Part shown: piece by piece, positions 20,265-28,096 of the stretch
How positions within the stretch are numbered: the first letter of the stretch is position 1
How the letters are laid out: every line of letters starts with the position of its first letter
IMG/VR virus record: IMGVR_UViG_3300035698_017294
Location: 42,198-106,197 of that record
Direction: 5' to 3' (one strand)
Origin: a virus
DNA: 64,000 nt
The notes under the pieces: generated by a model
The model's database searches: none
Told to the model about the DNA's origin: nothing
Seen by the model: the letters and a program-made list of their open reading frames with translations, nothing else
Made by a program: the position numbers and the translations under genes

Positions 20265-20292
20265 AATATACGAAATATCCAAGTAAAGTCAA
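20265..20292 (-). promoter_or_regulatory. sigma70-like promoter for the HNH gene
   Basis: TTGACT-16 nt-TATATT. Confidence 0.5.
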
Positions 20293-20316
20293 TAGGTTCG
20301 AAATGAAATAATAAAG

Positions 20317-20392
20317 CATGACCCAAGGGCATTGAACCCTCCACATGACAGGTTTCACGCCTGCCATCGCCGACCCAGGAACATGGGGCCAT
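20317..20392 (-). tRNA. atypical tRNA-like RNA, nominal anticodon TGA with G33 and no long variable arm
   Basis: Acceptor ATGGCCC/GGGTCAT, stem GCAGG-CGTGAAA-CCTGT, T-arm GAGGG-TTCAATG-CCCTT; weak D-arm. Confidence 0.6.
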
Positions 20393-20488
20393 ATGAAAAA
20401 CCGTAGAGCCGTTATACGTACAATGAGGGCAGACCCGTAGGCCCACCCGTGGGGTTTGCGCCCACTACTCTACGGTTTAATTCGATAT
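20391..20488 (-). ncRNA. YrlA-like Y RNA (permuted tRNA mimic on a bulged-C stem)
   Basis: ATAT-C-GAA/TTC-ATAT bulged-C helix, 11-bp AAACCGTAGAG/CTCTACGGTTT stem, T-arm, acceptor-like stem closed by C(UACG)G, D-like hairpin. Confidence 0.72.
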
Positions 20489-20721
20489 TGTGTGTCACGG
20501 TACCTCTTCCAGTTGCGGAACGGTACGCGTACTCTTGAAAAGTTGCATCCCCACACAGAGCGGGTTTTAGAATCATAGTGAGATACATCTTTACAAACAA
20601 TGTCGCAAGCTTCTTGAAAACTATCTGCCAGCGCACAGCCTTCGTAGTGGGCACATGCCTCATTACCAGTTGCAATGTAACCTTCTGACCAAACTGCATA
20701 GTGTCTTTTTTCGTCACTCAT
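20470..20721 (-). CDS. hypothetical phage protein
   Basis: MSDEKRHYAVWSEGY...WGC; ATGA overlap with the upstream gene. Confidence 0.65.
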   Translation of the reverse strand: MSDEKRHYAVWSEGYIATGNEACAHYEGCALADSFQEACDIVCKDVSHYDSKTRSVWGCNFSRVRVPFRNWKRYRDTQYRIKP

Positions 20722-21233
20722 AATTTATCTCCGTTGTTGGGCCTTTCGGACATTATAACTGTTAACTCTTCAAGACTTATAGGACTGTAGTCGTTATTAT
20801 CGACTCCGACGTCCCACGATTTTCCAATCGGCGGTAAACTAGAATGGCTATGTCCGTAGATGTGCCACGAATTCCTATGTGATTGATTCCATACGCGCAT
20901 GGCATAGTGACACATCGTAAGTCTCACTCGGCTATCAAGTTGAATTTCAACCAGTGGTGATACAAATTTAAACAGGTGTTTAACGTTTAGTGCAGGTTTA
21001 TCATGGTTCCCTGAAATAAGAACTATGTCACCGTTCAATTGGTGAATAAATGGGGCAGCCGGACTAAAAGAAAAGTCACCGAGGTGGTATACTAAATCCC
21101 CATGCTTAACTTTCTTATTCCAGTTTTCGACTAGAGATTTGTTCATGTGGTGTGCGTTATCAAAGGGTCGCTGGCAAAATTTAATAATATTGGCATGACC
21201 GAAGTGTGTATCGGCTGTGAAAAATAGATTCAT
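20718..21233 (-). CDS. calcineurin-like metallophosphoesterase
   Basis: DTHFGH, HLGD, GNHD, CHY, GHSH, VGVD. Confidence 0.92.
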   Translation of the reverse strand: MNLFFTADTHFGHANIIKFCQRPFDNAHHMNKSLVENWNKKVKHGDLVYHLGDFSFSPAAPFIHQLNGDIVLISGNHDKPALNVKHLFKFVSPLVEIQLDSRVRLTMCHYAMRVWNQSHRNSWHIYGHSHSSLPPIGKSWDVGVDNNDYSPISLEELTVIMSERPNNGDKL

Positions 21234-21613
21234 TTTGCTATTACACATTTCTGCCAAGCGAATGGGAAGTCGGTTACTCTGGCCGCACCGAGGTTATCAG
21301 CTAGAATTTCTAACATCCATTGCCGTCCTTTTGGGTTTATGCTATGTAGGACCACAACACCGGGGAATATAATTGGGCCTAACTCTTCTGCTATATACCT
21401 AGCTACATCACTACCAGTTCCTGCGGCTCCCGCTTCTAGCATTTCTTGCCCGCCCAGATCGTGATCTAAAAAGACGACATCAAATTTTGGGTTTAGTTTT
21501 AATAGTTCAATTGCTCTATCTGCTGTACGTACGAAGTGGATATTCTCTGGAAAGTAATTATCTACGAATTGAGCTATTCTTTCTGCGTTGTCTTCTAAAA
21601 TTAATATTCTCAT
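21230..21613 (-). CDS. receiver-fold protein, cyclic-phosphate-processing (cREC) type
   Basis: ILED...FLDHDLG...TG...HSINP pattern. Confidence 0.75.
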   Translation of the reverse strand: MRILILEDNAERIAQFVDNYFPENIHFVRTADRAIELLKLNPKFDVVFLDHDLGGQEMLEAGAAGTGSDVARYIAEELGPIIFPGVVVLHSINPKGRQWMLEILADNLGAARVTDFPFAWQKCVIAK

Positions 21614-21640
21614 TTTTCCCCTTTTAACTTAAATAAAAAA

Positions 21641-21712
21641 AGCACCCGGAGAGACTCGAACTCTCGTCACCTGGGTGGAAGCCAGGGTCCTTAACCGCTA
21701 GGATACGGGTGC
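21641..21712 (-). tRNA. tRNA-Gly(TCC)
   Basis: CCTGG-CTTCCAC-CCAGG; U73. Confidence 0.93.
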
Positions 21713-21721
21713 ATTAGCTGT

Positions 21722-22333
21722 TTAATAATCAGTTACTATCCAGTAAGTGCCGTCGCTAAAATCAAATGTAGCTTCGTGACACTCATCGAGATTCATATTG
21801 TCTGTAAGTATCTCCAGCGAGTCACGCTTTATCAGGCGGAATCTAGAGGTATGTTGGTCGCTTTTAATTTTATCTCGTGCTCGCATTAGGGCTAAGCCTA
21901 ATCTGTTTTGTCCGCGCCATTTAGACTCGTCAAGGCGTCGGCCATCGCCAATACCTAATCCAATTCCCCACCGCTTATCTGATGGACTGCACTCTACTAG
22001 GACACTATCCCCAGTACGCATCAGTTCGCTGCATGCGTTTGGGTTGCCGCGGAATTTGGATAGCACTGAGTAATACATTATATCATCGGCTATCTTATCC
22101 CAAGCGGTGTCGGAATAACTTGCTATTGTGCGTCCAAAGGCTTTCGCTTCCGCAGGTGTTTTGGCTTTTAAAATGGCTTCGGCTGTAGCCGTGTCCCAAA
22201 AAGACAGGGCCTTGTACCACATAAAACAATGCTCACTCGTTAGAAACATTGTATTGGTGTGAAAGAACGGTGCGCGGTGAAAGTTACTGAAAGGTGATAT
22301 AGAATTATAAAAAAACGTGTACTTTGGTTCCAT
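21722..22333 (-). CDS. NADAR family protein (YbiA-like)
   Basis: FSNF, SEHCFM.YKA..F, AKAFGR, VECSPSD..WGIG, GQNRLG..LM..R. Confidence 0.92.
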   Translation of the reverse strand: MEPKYTFFYNSISPFSNFHRAPFFHTNTMFLTSEHCFMWYKALSFWDTATAEAILKAKTPAEAKAFGRTIASYSDTAWDKIADDIMYYSVLSKFRGNPNACSELMRTGDSVLVECSPSDKRWGIGLGIGDGRRLDESKWRGQNRLGLALMRARDKIKSDQHTSRFRLIKRDSLEILTDNMNLDECHEATFDFSDGTYWIVTDY

Positions 22334-22365
22334 GGCATGACTCCTTAAGATTAGCAAATACGTAA

Positions 22366-22439
22366 CGGGACTGGCGGGATTCGAACCCGCGATCACCAAC
22401 GTGACAGGCTGGCGTCCTAGACCGCTAGACTACAGCCCC
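22366..22439 (-). tRNA. tRNA-Asp(GTC)
   Basis: CCAGC-CTGTCAC-GTTGG; G73. Confidence 0.95.
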
Positions 22440-22442
22440 AAG

Positions 22443-22516
22443 TGGGGCAAGGAGGACTTGAACCTCCGACCTTTCGGTTATCAGCCGAATGCTCTAACCT
22501 ACTGAGCTACTGCTCC
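22443..22516 (-). tRNA. tRNA-Ile(GAT)
   Basis: TTCGG-CTGATAA-CCGAA. Confidence 0.93.
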
Positions 22517-23140
22517 TTTTTTTGCTTTTTTAATCTTATCGTGTTCTTTGTGAATGAGTTTAAGAATGAACTTCACATCCGCTAGCATACGCCTAATGAT
22601 TGGCATAGCACCAATTACGGCATCTAAATTAATCTTTAGGGTTGTAGAACAGTCCGCTATAAATATCATGTTTCTGTTATGATCGTAAACAATCGTACCA
22701 GAGCCATCCCGGTGGTCTATATTCAAGAAAGACGAAAATGATTTTCCAGCGATTACATGTTCAAAGGCCTTTTGTATTCTATCCATTTTGTGATACGTAC
22801 GAGCTAGTCTATCGCCATCGTCAGGCTTATTTGTTGTAAAGAAAGGTACATCAAGACTAATACTTTCCTTTTCGCCAATTGCAAATCCGCCCTTTGGCGC
22901 GTCGATATTGAACATATAAAAGTTCAATGCACCATCGCCTTTGAGCCACGGGTTTTTAGTCCACCTACTCTCACCGGTATCTGTATAACCGTGTGTATGG
23001 GTGTGGCTCGTAAGCGTTATTTCTGATTCCATCATTAAGATCATGGTTTGTGGACCTGTTGTTTGGTCCTTGGATGTAACCATACCATGTGCCCTGCGCA
23101 CTCTATACGTTTTTCTTTTTTTATCAGGATCCTTCATCAT
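22499..23140 (-). CDS. hypothetical protein
   Basis: 213-aa ORF; its stop falls inside the 5' end of tRNA-Ile. Confidence 0.6.
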   Translation of the reverse strand: MMKDPDKKRKTYRVRRAHGMVTSKDQTTGPQTMILMMESEITLTSHTHTHGYTDTGESRWTKNPWLKGDGALNFYMFNIDAPKGGFAIGEKESISLDVPFFTTNKPDDGDRLARTYHKMDRIQKAFEHVIAGKSFSSFLNIDHRDGSGTIVYDHNRNMIFIADCSTTLKINLDAVIGAMPIIRRMLADVKFILKLIHKEHDKIKKAKKGAVAQ

Positions 23141-23582
23141 CGTCCTTTAGTAATATCGCCCTTGCAATTTCGTACTTAGTTCTTAATCGTTTCTGCATAC
23201 TCGGTGGCAGTTTTTTCATTCTGTATTCTGATGTATTATCCACTATATCTGCATATAGTTTCACATCAAATGCTATGAAGTTTGATTTTACCCTATGCAT
23301 ATAATTAGCATACGGTTCGTCTTTACGCTTTGTTATAGCTACAACGCTGTCTATAATAAATTTTGGCATGCCTATATTCATAAGATCTGCTGCGGTAGCA
23401 TCTGTTTCCTCTAGAACATCATGTAGTACCCCTACTACCATGTGATCAAGTCCGTAGTCAACCATCATGGCCATTACGCGCATTACGTGTGATACGTAAA
23501 GAAAGCCGGACTTATCTGGAGTGGTGCCGTGCTTCTCAAATGCAAAGTTAATAGCTGTAATTAGTAAAGAAATGTCGACCAT
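23124..23582 (-). CDS. RelA/SpoT-type HD-domain hydrolase (small alarmone hydrolase-like)
   Basis: AFEKHG..DKSG.LY..H, GVLHDVLEET, VKLYADIVDN. Confidence 0.82.
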   Translation of the reverse strand: MVDISLLITAINFAFEKHGTTPDKSGFLYVSHVMRVMAMMVDYGLDHMVVGVLHDVLEETDATAADLMNIGMPKFIIDSVVAITKRKDEPYANYMHRVKSNFIAFDVKLYADIVDNTSEYRMKKLPPSMQKRLRTKYEIARAILLKDDDEGS

Positions 23583-23638
23583 ATTAACCTCCTTAGTGCG
23601 TTAAACAAAAGATTATAACGCCATGTATAATCTACTTA

Positions 23639-23648
23639 TCTTATACCA
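23639..23648 (-). promoter_or_regulatory. recurrent TGGTATAAGA motif (putative phage promoter)
   Basis: Identical 10-mer in four intergenic regions on the - strand. Confidence 0.55.
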
Positions 23649-23666
23649 TAGAATATGAAAAAAGAA

Positions 23667-23738
23667 AGCCAGCGACAGGAATCGAACCCGCAGAAGAGCC
23701 TTACAAGGGCTCGGCTTTACCTACTGAGCTACACTGGC
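23667..23738 (-). tRNA. tRNA-Thr(TGT)
   Basis: GAGCC-CTTGTAA-GGCTC. Confidence 0.9.
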
Positions 23739-23743
23739 GTGTG

Positions 23744-24037
23744 TCACAAGGTCATTAAGAACTCGTGCGATCGTTCTATTTGTGATTCAACGCAGCCTTT
23801 TATGTATTCAGGATCTAGTACGAAATCCCTGCCAGGCCCACCGTAATACGTTACGTTCATGGTAAAATTTCTAGTCTGGGCAGAAAAGTTATGCATTAGC
23901 ACTCGTTTCAGCTTTATCTTTCTATGCCTAACCACATCTGTAATTTCAGCGACCTGATAAATGTTGGCGGCATTTCCAGCAGTCGTAAAATCTCCTACTT
24001 CTATAGTTTTCTGTATCCAACCCTTTTGCATATTCAC
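23744..24037 (-). CDS. hypothetical protein
   Basis: ORF between tRNAs with AAGGA RBS. Confidence 0.55.
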   Translation of the reverse strand: MNMQKGWIQKTIEVGDFTTAGNAANIYQVAEITDVVRHRKIKLKRVLMHNFSAQTRNFTMNVTYYGGPGRDFVLDPEYIKGCVESQIERSHEFLMTL

Positions 24038-24077
24038 TCTTTATCCTTTTTATCGTTATCGGCCCAGTCTGTCTTAA

Positions 24078-24149
24078 TACCCCCACAGGGATTCGAACCC
24101 CAGTTTCTCGGTTCGTAGCCACGCGTCCTATCCGTTAGACGATGAGGGC
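24078..24149 (-). tRNA. tRNA-Arg(ACG)
   Basis: Loop CTACGAA; canonical D and T arms. Confidence 0.9.
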
Positions 24150-24169
24150 GGGAAGGCATTTGCATGCCT

Positions 24170-25321
24170 TTAGTCTTTATTCTCTGCCTTTTCTTTTTTA
24201 TCCCACCACATTAAGTATTTTGATGACTTCGCTTTAAATCCTACGGACTGGTCTAACTCGGATCTCCATACAAATCCCTCGCGCATAACGTTTGGGTTAA
24301 GGTAAGACATGGTATTACTTTCAACGTTTTTACCATCTGCCTCATCGAGGACTTCTTCTACGGTATCGTATAGCTTGCAGCCGGTATGAAACAATGGAAC
24401 CATTTCGAATCCATTTTCAATGCAGTACCAGTCGAGGTCTTCGTAGTTTAGGTACGCGCCGGTAGTTAAATTTTTAACCGAGTAAACATATAACTTTATA
24501 GCGGGCAGTTCGTAGATGTTCTTTTGGATTCCTGGGCCTACTAATTCGCCCTGTACTGCTATTGCTGGGTATTTTTTTGAATTGGCTTTTAACTTTTCCT
24601 CAATACGATTCTCTAAAGCATATCTCCACCACGTAGAACCGTCAGGTTTTGGACGTTGGAAGTTGTGCGAGTATACACGGAACTTCGGCCTTTTACCTTT
24701 TGCGCGGTACTCATAAGTAGCTGCTTGTCCCTCAAGTTTTTCTGTCTTGTAGAATCGGTGATCGGGGTAACACTTCTGAATGTGAGCAAATGCTGCCTGA
24801 ACATTAGTCTCGTCTGATTTGCTAATGTCTTCGGGATACAGGTTCTTCCTATTAGGATTACCCTTCATCCAGAAGTATAGTTTACGAAACCACTCTTTCT
24901 TAAGCATGTACTTTAACCATGCTGGCCGTTTTTGCGGCTTTAGCATTTCAGCCAAATATTCGGGATCGTACTTGCGTACTTCTAGTGTGTCAGTTACATC
25001 CACACCTTCTTTTACTTTTACCTTTTTAGGTAAAATAGGGGTTGAGAATACAATGCCCTGACTGAACACTCCTGCCATTTTCATGTTACGGATACGGAAT
25101 CCGTTCCATTTTGGGGAGAAGCAGTTGCTACGTAAAAATTCAAATTCTTGTTTGATTGGTAGCAGTGTATCATATTCACAGTAGACTGCAAGATCGCCTA
25201 CTTGAAATTCCCCTTTTCCGACAATTACCTTCCACCCAAGGATAGATGCTAGCTCTATTCTATCCTTATTGGCGATTGGTTCCAATGCCGTTATCTTCTG
25301 TATCGTAGCTAATTTTCGCAT
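24170..25321 (-). CDS. RNA ligase, DRB0094 family
   Basis: MRKLATIQKI N-terminal domain, GVFSQG, KSDET, EKLEG (motif I), QGELVGPGIQKN, REGFV, FKAKS. Confidence 0.9.
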   Translation of the reverse strand: MRKLATIQKITALEPIANKDRIELASILGWKVIVGKGEFQVGDLAVYCEYDTLLPIKQEFEFLRSNCFSPKWNGFRIRNMKMAGVFSQGIVFSTPILPKKVKVKEGVDVTDTLEVRKYDPEYLAEMLKPQKRPAWLKYMLKKEWFRKLYFWMKGNPNRKNLYPEDISKSDETNVQAAFAHIQKCYPDHRFYKTEKLEGQAATYEYRAKGKRPKFRVYSHNFQRPKPDGSTWWRYALENRIEEKLKANSKKYPAIAVQGELVGPGIQKNIYELPAIKLYVYSVKNLTTGAYLNYEDLDWYCIENGFEMVPLFHTGCKLYDTVEEVLDEADGKNVESNTMSYLNPNVMREGFVWRSELDQSVGFKAKSSKYLMWWDKKEKAENKD

Positions 25322-26013
25322 TAGTCTGTTTTCGTCTCTTTCCCTGATTCGTATGGTACTCGTTTGTGATACGAGGAATCTAGCTCTTGCTTTAATACCC
25401 TACGTATTACGCGAAGCTGTCCAACTCTAAGCTGATCAAGCTGCTCATCGTCGGTTAGTTGTTTTAGCTTATCCTCAATAAGTGCTTCTCGTTCAGCGGG
25501 CTTATTGAATTTACCAGATAAAAATAAACTACGAGCCGTAGCATCTATAGAATCTGCGATCATTAAGATGCATGCTTCCACGGAGGCTGGCTTGCCGGTT
25601 TTATATCTAAACCCTTCCGGGTTCTTTTTATCTGATTTTTCAAAGAATGCTGTGAGCATAGTGTCGCCGTGATGCTGTATCGCAATTTGGATTATCTCCA
25701 GTGGAAATCCATTCTGCACAAGCACTAATGCGGTATCGCTAACATGCCTCGTAATTAAATGATATGATTGAGCTGGCGATAGATCATCGTGTATATTGTG
25801 CTCATCTTGATTTTCCCCGAAGTTTAGCGGGTGTAGCTTTTTACCAGCATCATGATACAATGACGCTATTTCTACTACCACTACCCTGTCTTCAGGTAAT
25901 ATTTCTTTAGCAATTGCTACTGCTATATCAGCCACTTGCACACTATGCTTAGCCGTTCCTGGCGCCGCTAGTTTGATTTCCTCAAACAGCGGGTGGTCTA
26001 AATATTGCTTCAT
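25321..26013 (-). CDS. stand-alone HD domain of PgpH/7TM-HD type
   Basis: APGT..HS..VA, YHDAGK..HP..F.ENQ, QHHGDT, ILMIADS; no TM region. Confidence 0.8.
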   Translation of the reverse strand: MKQYLDHPLFEEIKLAAPGTAKHSVQVADIAVAIAKEILPEDRVVVVEIASLYHDAGKKLHPLNFGENQDEHNIHDDLSPAQSYHLITRHVSDTALVLVQNGFPLEIIQIAIQHHGDTMLTAFFEKSDKKNPEGFRYKTGKPASVEACILMIADSIDATARSLFLSGKFNKPAEREALIEDKLKQLTDDEQLDQLRVGQLRVIRRVLKQELDSSYHKRVPYESGKETKTD

Positions 26014-26039
26014 TGGTCTCCTTGATACATGATTTGTTT

Positions 26040-26234
26040 ACATTCCTACTTGTGGTTCGATTGGTCGTCCGAGATAAGACCCCCGGGGTTTGCCCGCATG
26101 CGTTTGTGTAACTTTTTCATGGAAAATTTTCACACTGGAGGGTGGGTAAGTCCCGGGGGTCTTGACGGTCTTTTGTTATCTATAAAAGTCTGGGCAAGGC
26201 GATGCGTCTTGCATTGTTTGAATTCTAGGAATGT
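26040..26234 (-). ncRNA. candidate structured ncRNA, family A copy 1
   Basis: 9-bp closing stem ACATTCCTA/TAGGAATGT, GAATTCA and CACAAG flanks, 12-bp AAGACCCCCGGG/CCCGGGGGTCTT stem. Confidence 0.6.
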
Positions 26235-26246
26235 GGTTTGATGTTA

Positions 26247-26481
26247 ATAATTCTACTTGTGTGGCGCGGTGATCGCGCAACTCAGGGTAACCCCGACAGC
26301 CTCTCGCGCAGCGATAGGAAGCCCTAACACGTTTTACCTGGCTCTTAGAGACTTACCTGCGTCTGCCGATAAAGAGCTAAGGGGTGGGTATAACGTGTTA
26401 GGGCTGGGGTCCCGAATCTGCAAAGTTCCCTTTACTGTATATGGCGTATCACCATATTATAAAACTGAATGCTAGAATTAT
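26247..26481 (-). ncRNA. candidate structured ncRNA, family A copy 2
   Basis: 9-bp closing stem ATAATTCTA/TAGAATTAT, GCATTCA and CACAAG flanks, 14-bp AGCCCTAACACGTT/AACGTGTTAGGGCT stem. Confidence 0.6.
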
Positions 26482-26563
26482 ATATACTTCTCTATTGGAT
26501 ACCCATCACTGCGAACGTGGCTAGCATTGCAAGCAGTGTCTACATAACGGCAAGAAAAATAAA

Positions 26564-26637
26564 TGACCCAGGCGGGACTTGAACCCGCAACCTTCGACGT
26601 GAAAGGCCGATGTCTTAACCAATTCGACGACTGGGCC
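26564..26637 (-). tRNA. tRNA-Glu(TTC)
   Basis: TCGGC-CTTTCAC-GTCGA. Confidence 0.93.
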
Positions 26638-26647
26638 ACGGAATGGA

Positions 26648-26992
26648 CTATTCCGTAGGTTTTGGATCACAAGCTGGATCGCCTTCAGGACCATTGGGGC
26701 CGTTGGCTTCCTCTTCGGTGACTTCTTCTGGAACCACAGGCTCCTTTACCGTTTCGGGGACATGTATAGCATGGCGTTCCATGATCAGGCGCAGCTGGCT
26801 AGCCATGTGCTCGGATTCAGCGATAGCCGCTTCGTTGTTTTCTTTGATTGTTTCTTGCGCATGAATTTTGGTATTAGCGGTTTTTATGTTACCGCGACAA
26901 TCCATACTGGCGTTCCCGAGTTTCTGTACCATTGTGGCAAATATGCCTTTTTGTGCTGCAATGACCTTGATAGGATTTGAGCCTAAGCTCAT
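26648..26992 (-). CDS. hypothetical protein with coiled coil and acidic tail
   Basis: AAGGAG RBS before MSLGSNP; the ORF-track extension runs into the tRNA. Confidence 0.6.
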   Translation of the reverse strand: MSLGSNPIKVIAAQKGIFATMVQKLGNASMDCRGNIKTANTKIHAQETIKENNEAAIAESEHMASQLRLIMERHAIHVPETVKEPVVPEEVTEEEANGPNGPEGDPACDPKPTE

Positions 26993-27086
26993 GATTACTC
27001 CTTTACTTAAACGTTTTGGTATATCTAATTTAATTAATACGAGTGGAGGGAATCGAACCCACACGGGATTTCTCCCACTAGATCCT

Positions 27087-27888
27087 CTTACCACACTTGC
27101 TTTCACAAGCCAGCTATTAAGCTGTTGTAGTCTGGACTATATCATCATCTTCAGCATTACCTGCTAAGAGCCCGGCGTATAGTCTCTGAGGGGTCATTAC
27201 AGACTTCCCTGCGGATTGCCAATTGTTTCATTCTACACATTGTTACTTGACAAATCAGTCCAAATTTGGTAGACTTGTAGTAGTGCAGACTTTACGGGTT
27301 TCCCGCATATAGCCAGGTTCCATCTAATTATTTCTAACCAGAGGCTCAGATTCATGAAAAATATATCAAAAGATGTTTTGTCAGAAATGTATTTAACGCA
27401 GAAACTTAATCCATACGAAATAAGTAATATACTAGACTGCGATCATAAAACAGTTCGTAGATACCTAAAATTACATAAGATACAACTACGTACTGCGTCT
27501 GAGTATAATTACTTACCTCGAGTTTCGCATACTAATCCCACTAAAATAGAGTATATGCAGCCTAAATCAATAGCGGCGCATATTGCCTATTTATGCGAAG
27601 GTTGGCACACTAATAAAACTAATGGGCTTTATTTCTGTAATACAGATCCAAATTTAAATGATCTCATGTTGTGGTGCCTCAAAGAGATATACAATGCTAA
27701 AACTATTAGATTGCGCATAATGGCAAAGTCTTTAGAGTCGGCAAAGCATTTATTAACATTCTATCCTAATACACCAGTAAGTGTAGAGTTAGATAGAAAG
27801 ACACCAATACTTAGAATTGTCTCGGGCGGGAAAACATTTGCTCGGGACTTCATTAAAAACGCTTATGATATAATTGATTCACTTGGTT
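27087..27888 (-). mobile_element. group I intron after U34 of tRNA-Leu
   Basis: 5' exon ends in U, intron ends in G; core motifs ATATGCGGGAAA, AATCCGCAGGGAAG, TCAGAGACTATACG, GATATAGTCC. Confidence 0.92.
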
Positions 27889-27890
27889 AA
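27354..27890 (+). CDS. intron-encoded HTH + degenerate LAGLIDADG-like protein, antisense to the intron
   Basis: N-terminal HTH (EISNILDCDHKTVRRYL); AYLCEG...LYFCNTDPNL resembles a single LAGLIDADG domain. Confidence 0.7.
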   Translation: MKNISKDVLSEMYLTQKLNPYEISNILDCDHKTVRRYLKLHKIQLRTASEYNYLPRVSHTNPTKIEYMQPKSIAAHIAYLCEGWHTNKTNGLYFCNTDPNLNDLMLWCLKEIYNAKTIRLRIMAKSLESAKHLLTFYPNTPVSVELDRKTPILRIVSGGKTFARDFIKNAYDIIDSLG

Positions 27891-27931
27891 GTCTAGCGCG
27901 TATACCTAGTTTCGCCACACTCGCTAAAAGC

Positions 27932-28015
27932 GTACAGTTAGAGGGACTCGAACCCCCAAGGTATCACAGTACCACAACTCTCACTGCGCGTCTACCATTT
28001 TCGCCATAACTGTAC
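27932..28015 (-). ncRNA. tRNA-Leu-like mimic with the anticodon arm reduced to a GNRA hairpin
   Basis: 9-bp terminal stem, Leu-type D-arm GGCGAAAATGGTAGACGC, CAGT-GAGA-GTTG, variable arm, canonical T-arm. Confidence 0.75.
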
Positions 28016-28028
28016 TTTAATTTCGTAA

Positions 28029-28096
28029 GGTAGACCAAAGAGGTTTCGAACCTCAAATTGTCCGGACACTGCGCTCACCCAATGCGCTGGTCTACC
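28029..28096 (-). ncRNA. 68-nt minimal tRNA mimic
   Basis: GGTAGACCA/TGGTCTACC stem, GCGC D-like stem, TGT-CCGG-ACA stub, GAGG-TTCGAAA-CCTC. Confidence 0.65.

Larger units (their letters stand above)
27038..27924 (-). tRNA. tRNA-Leu(TAG) interrupted by a group I intron
   Basis: Exons 27889-27924 and 27038-27086 join to CTAGA-CTT|AGGA-TCTAG with a long variable arm. Confidence 0.9.

Noticed and set aside
20240-20446. N-terminal extension of the HNH ORF in the track, and similar extensions at 22334-22399 and 26993-27106
   Set aside because: They run through tRNA or promoter sequence; downstream ATGs are more plausible starts.
26497-26540. Small CACTGC/GCAGTG hairpin as a ribozyme or riboswitch
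   Set aside because: A single 6-bp stem with no recognisable catalytic or aptamer consensus.
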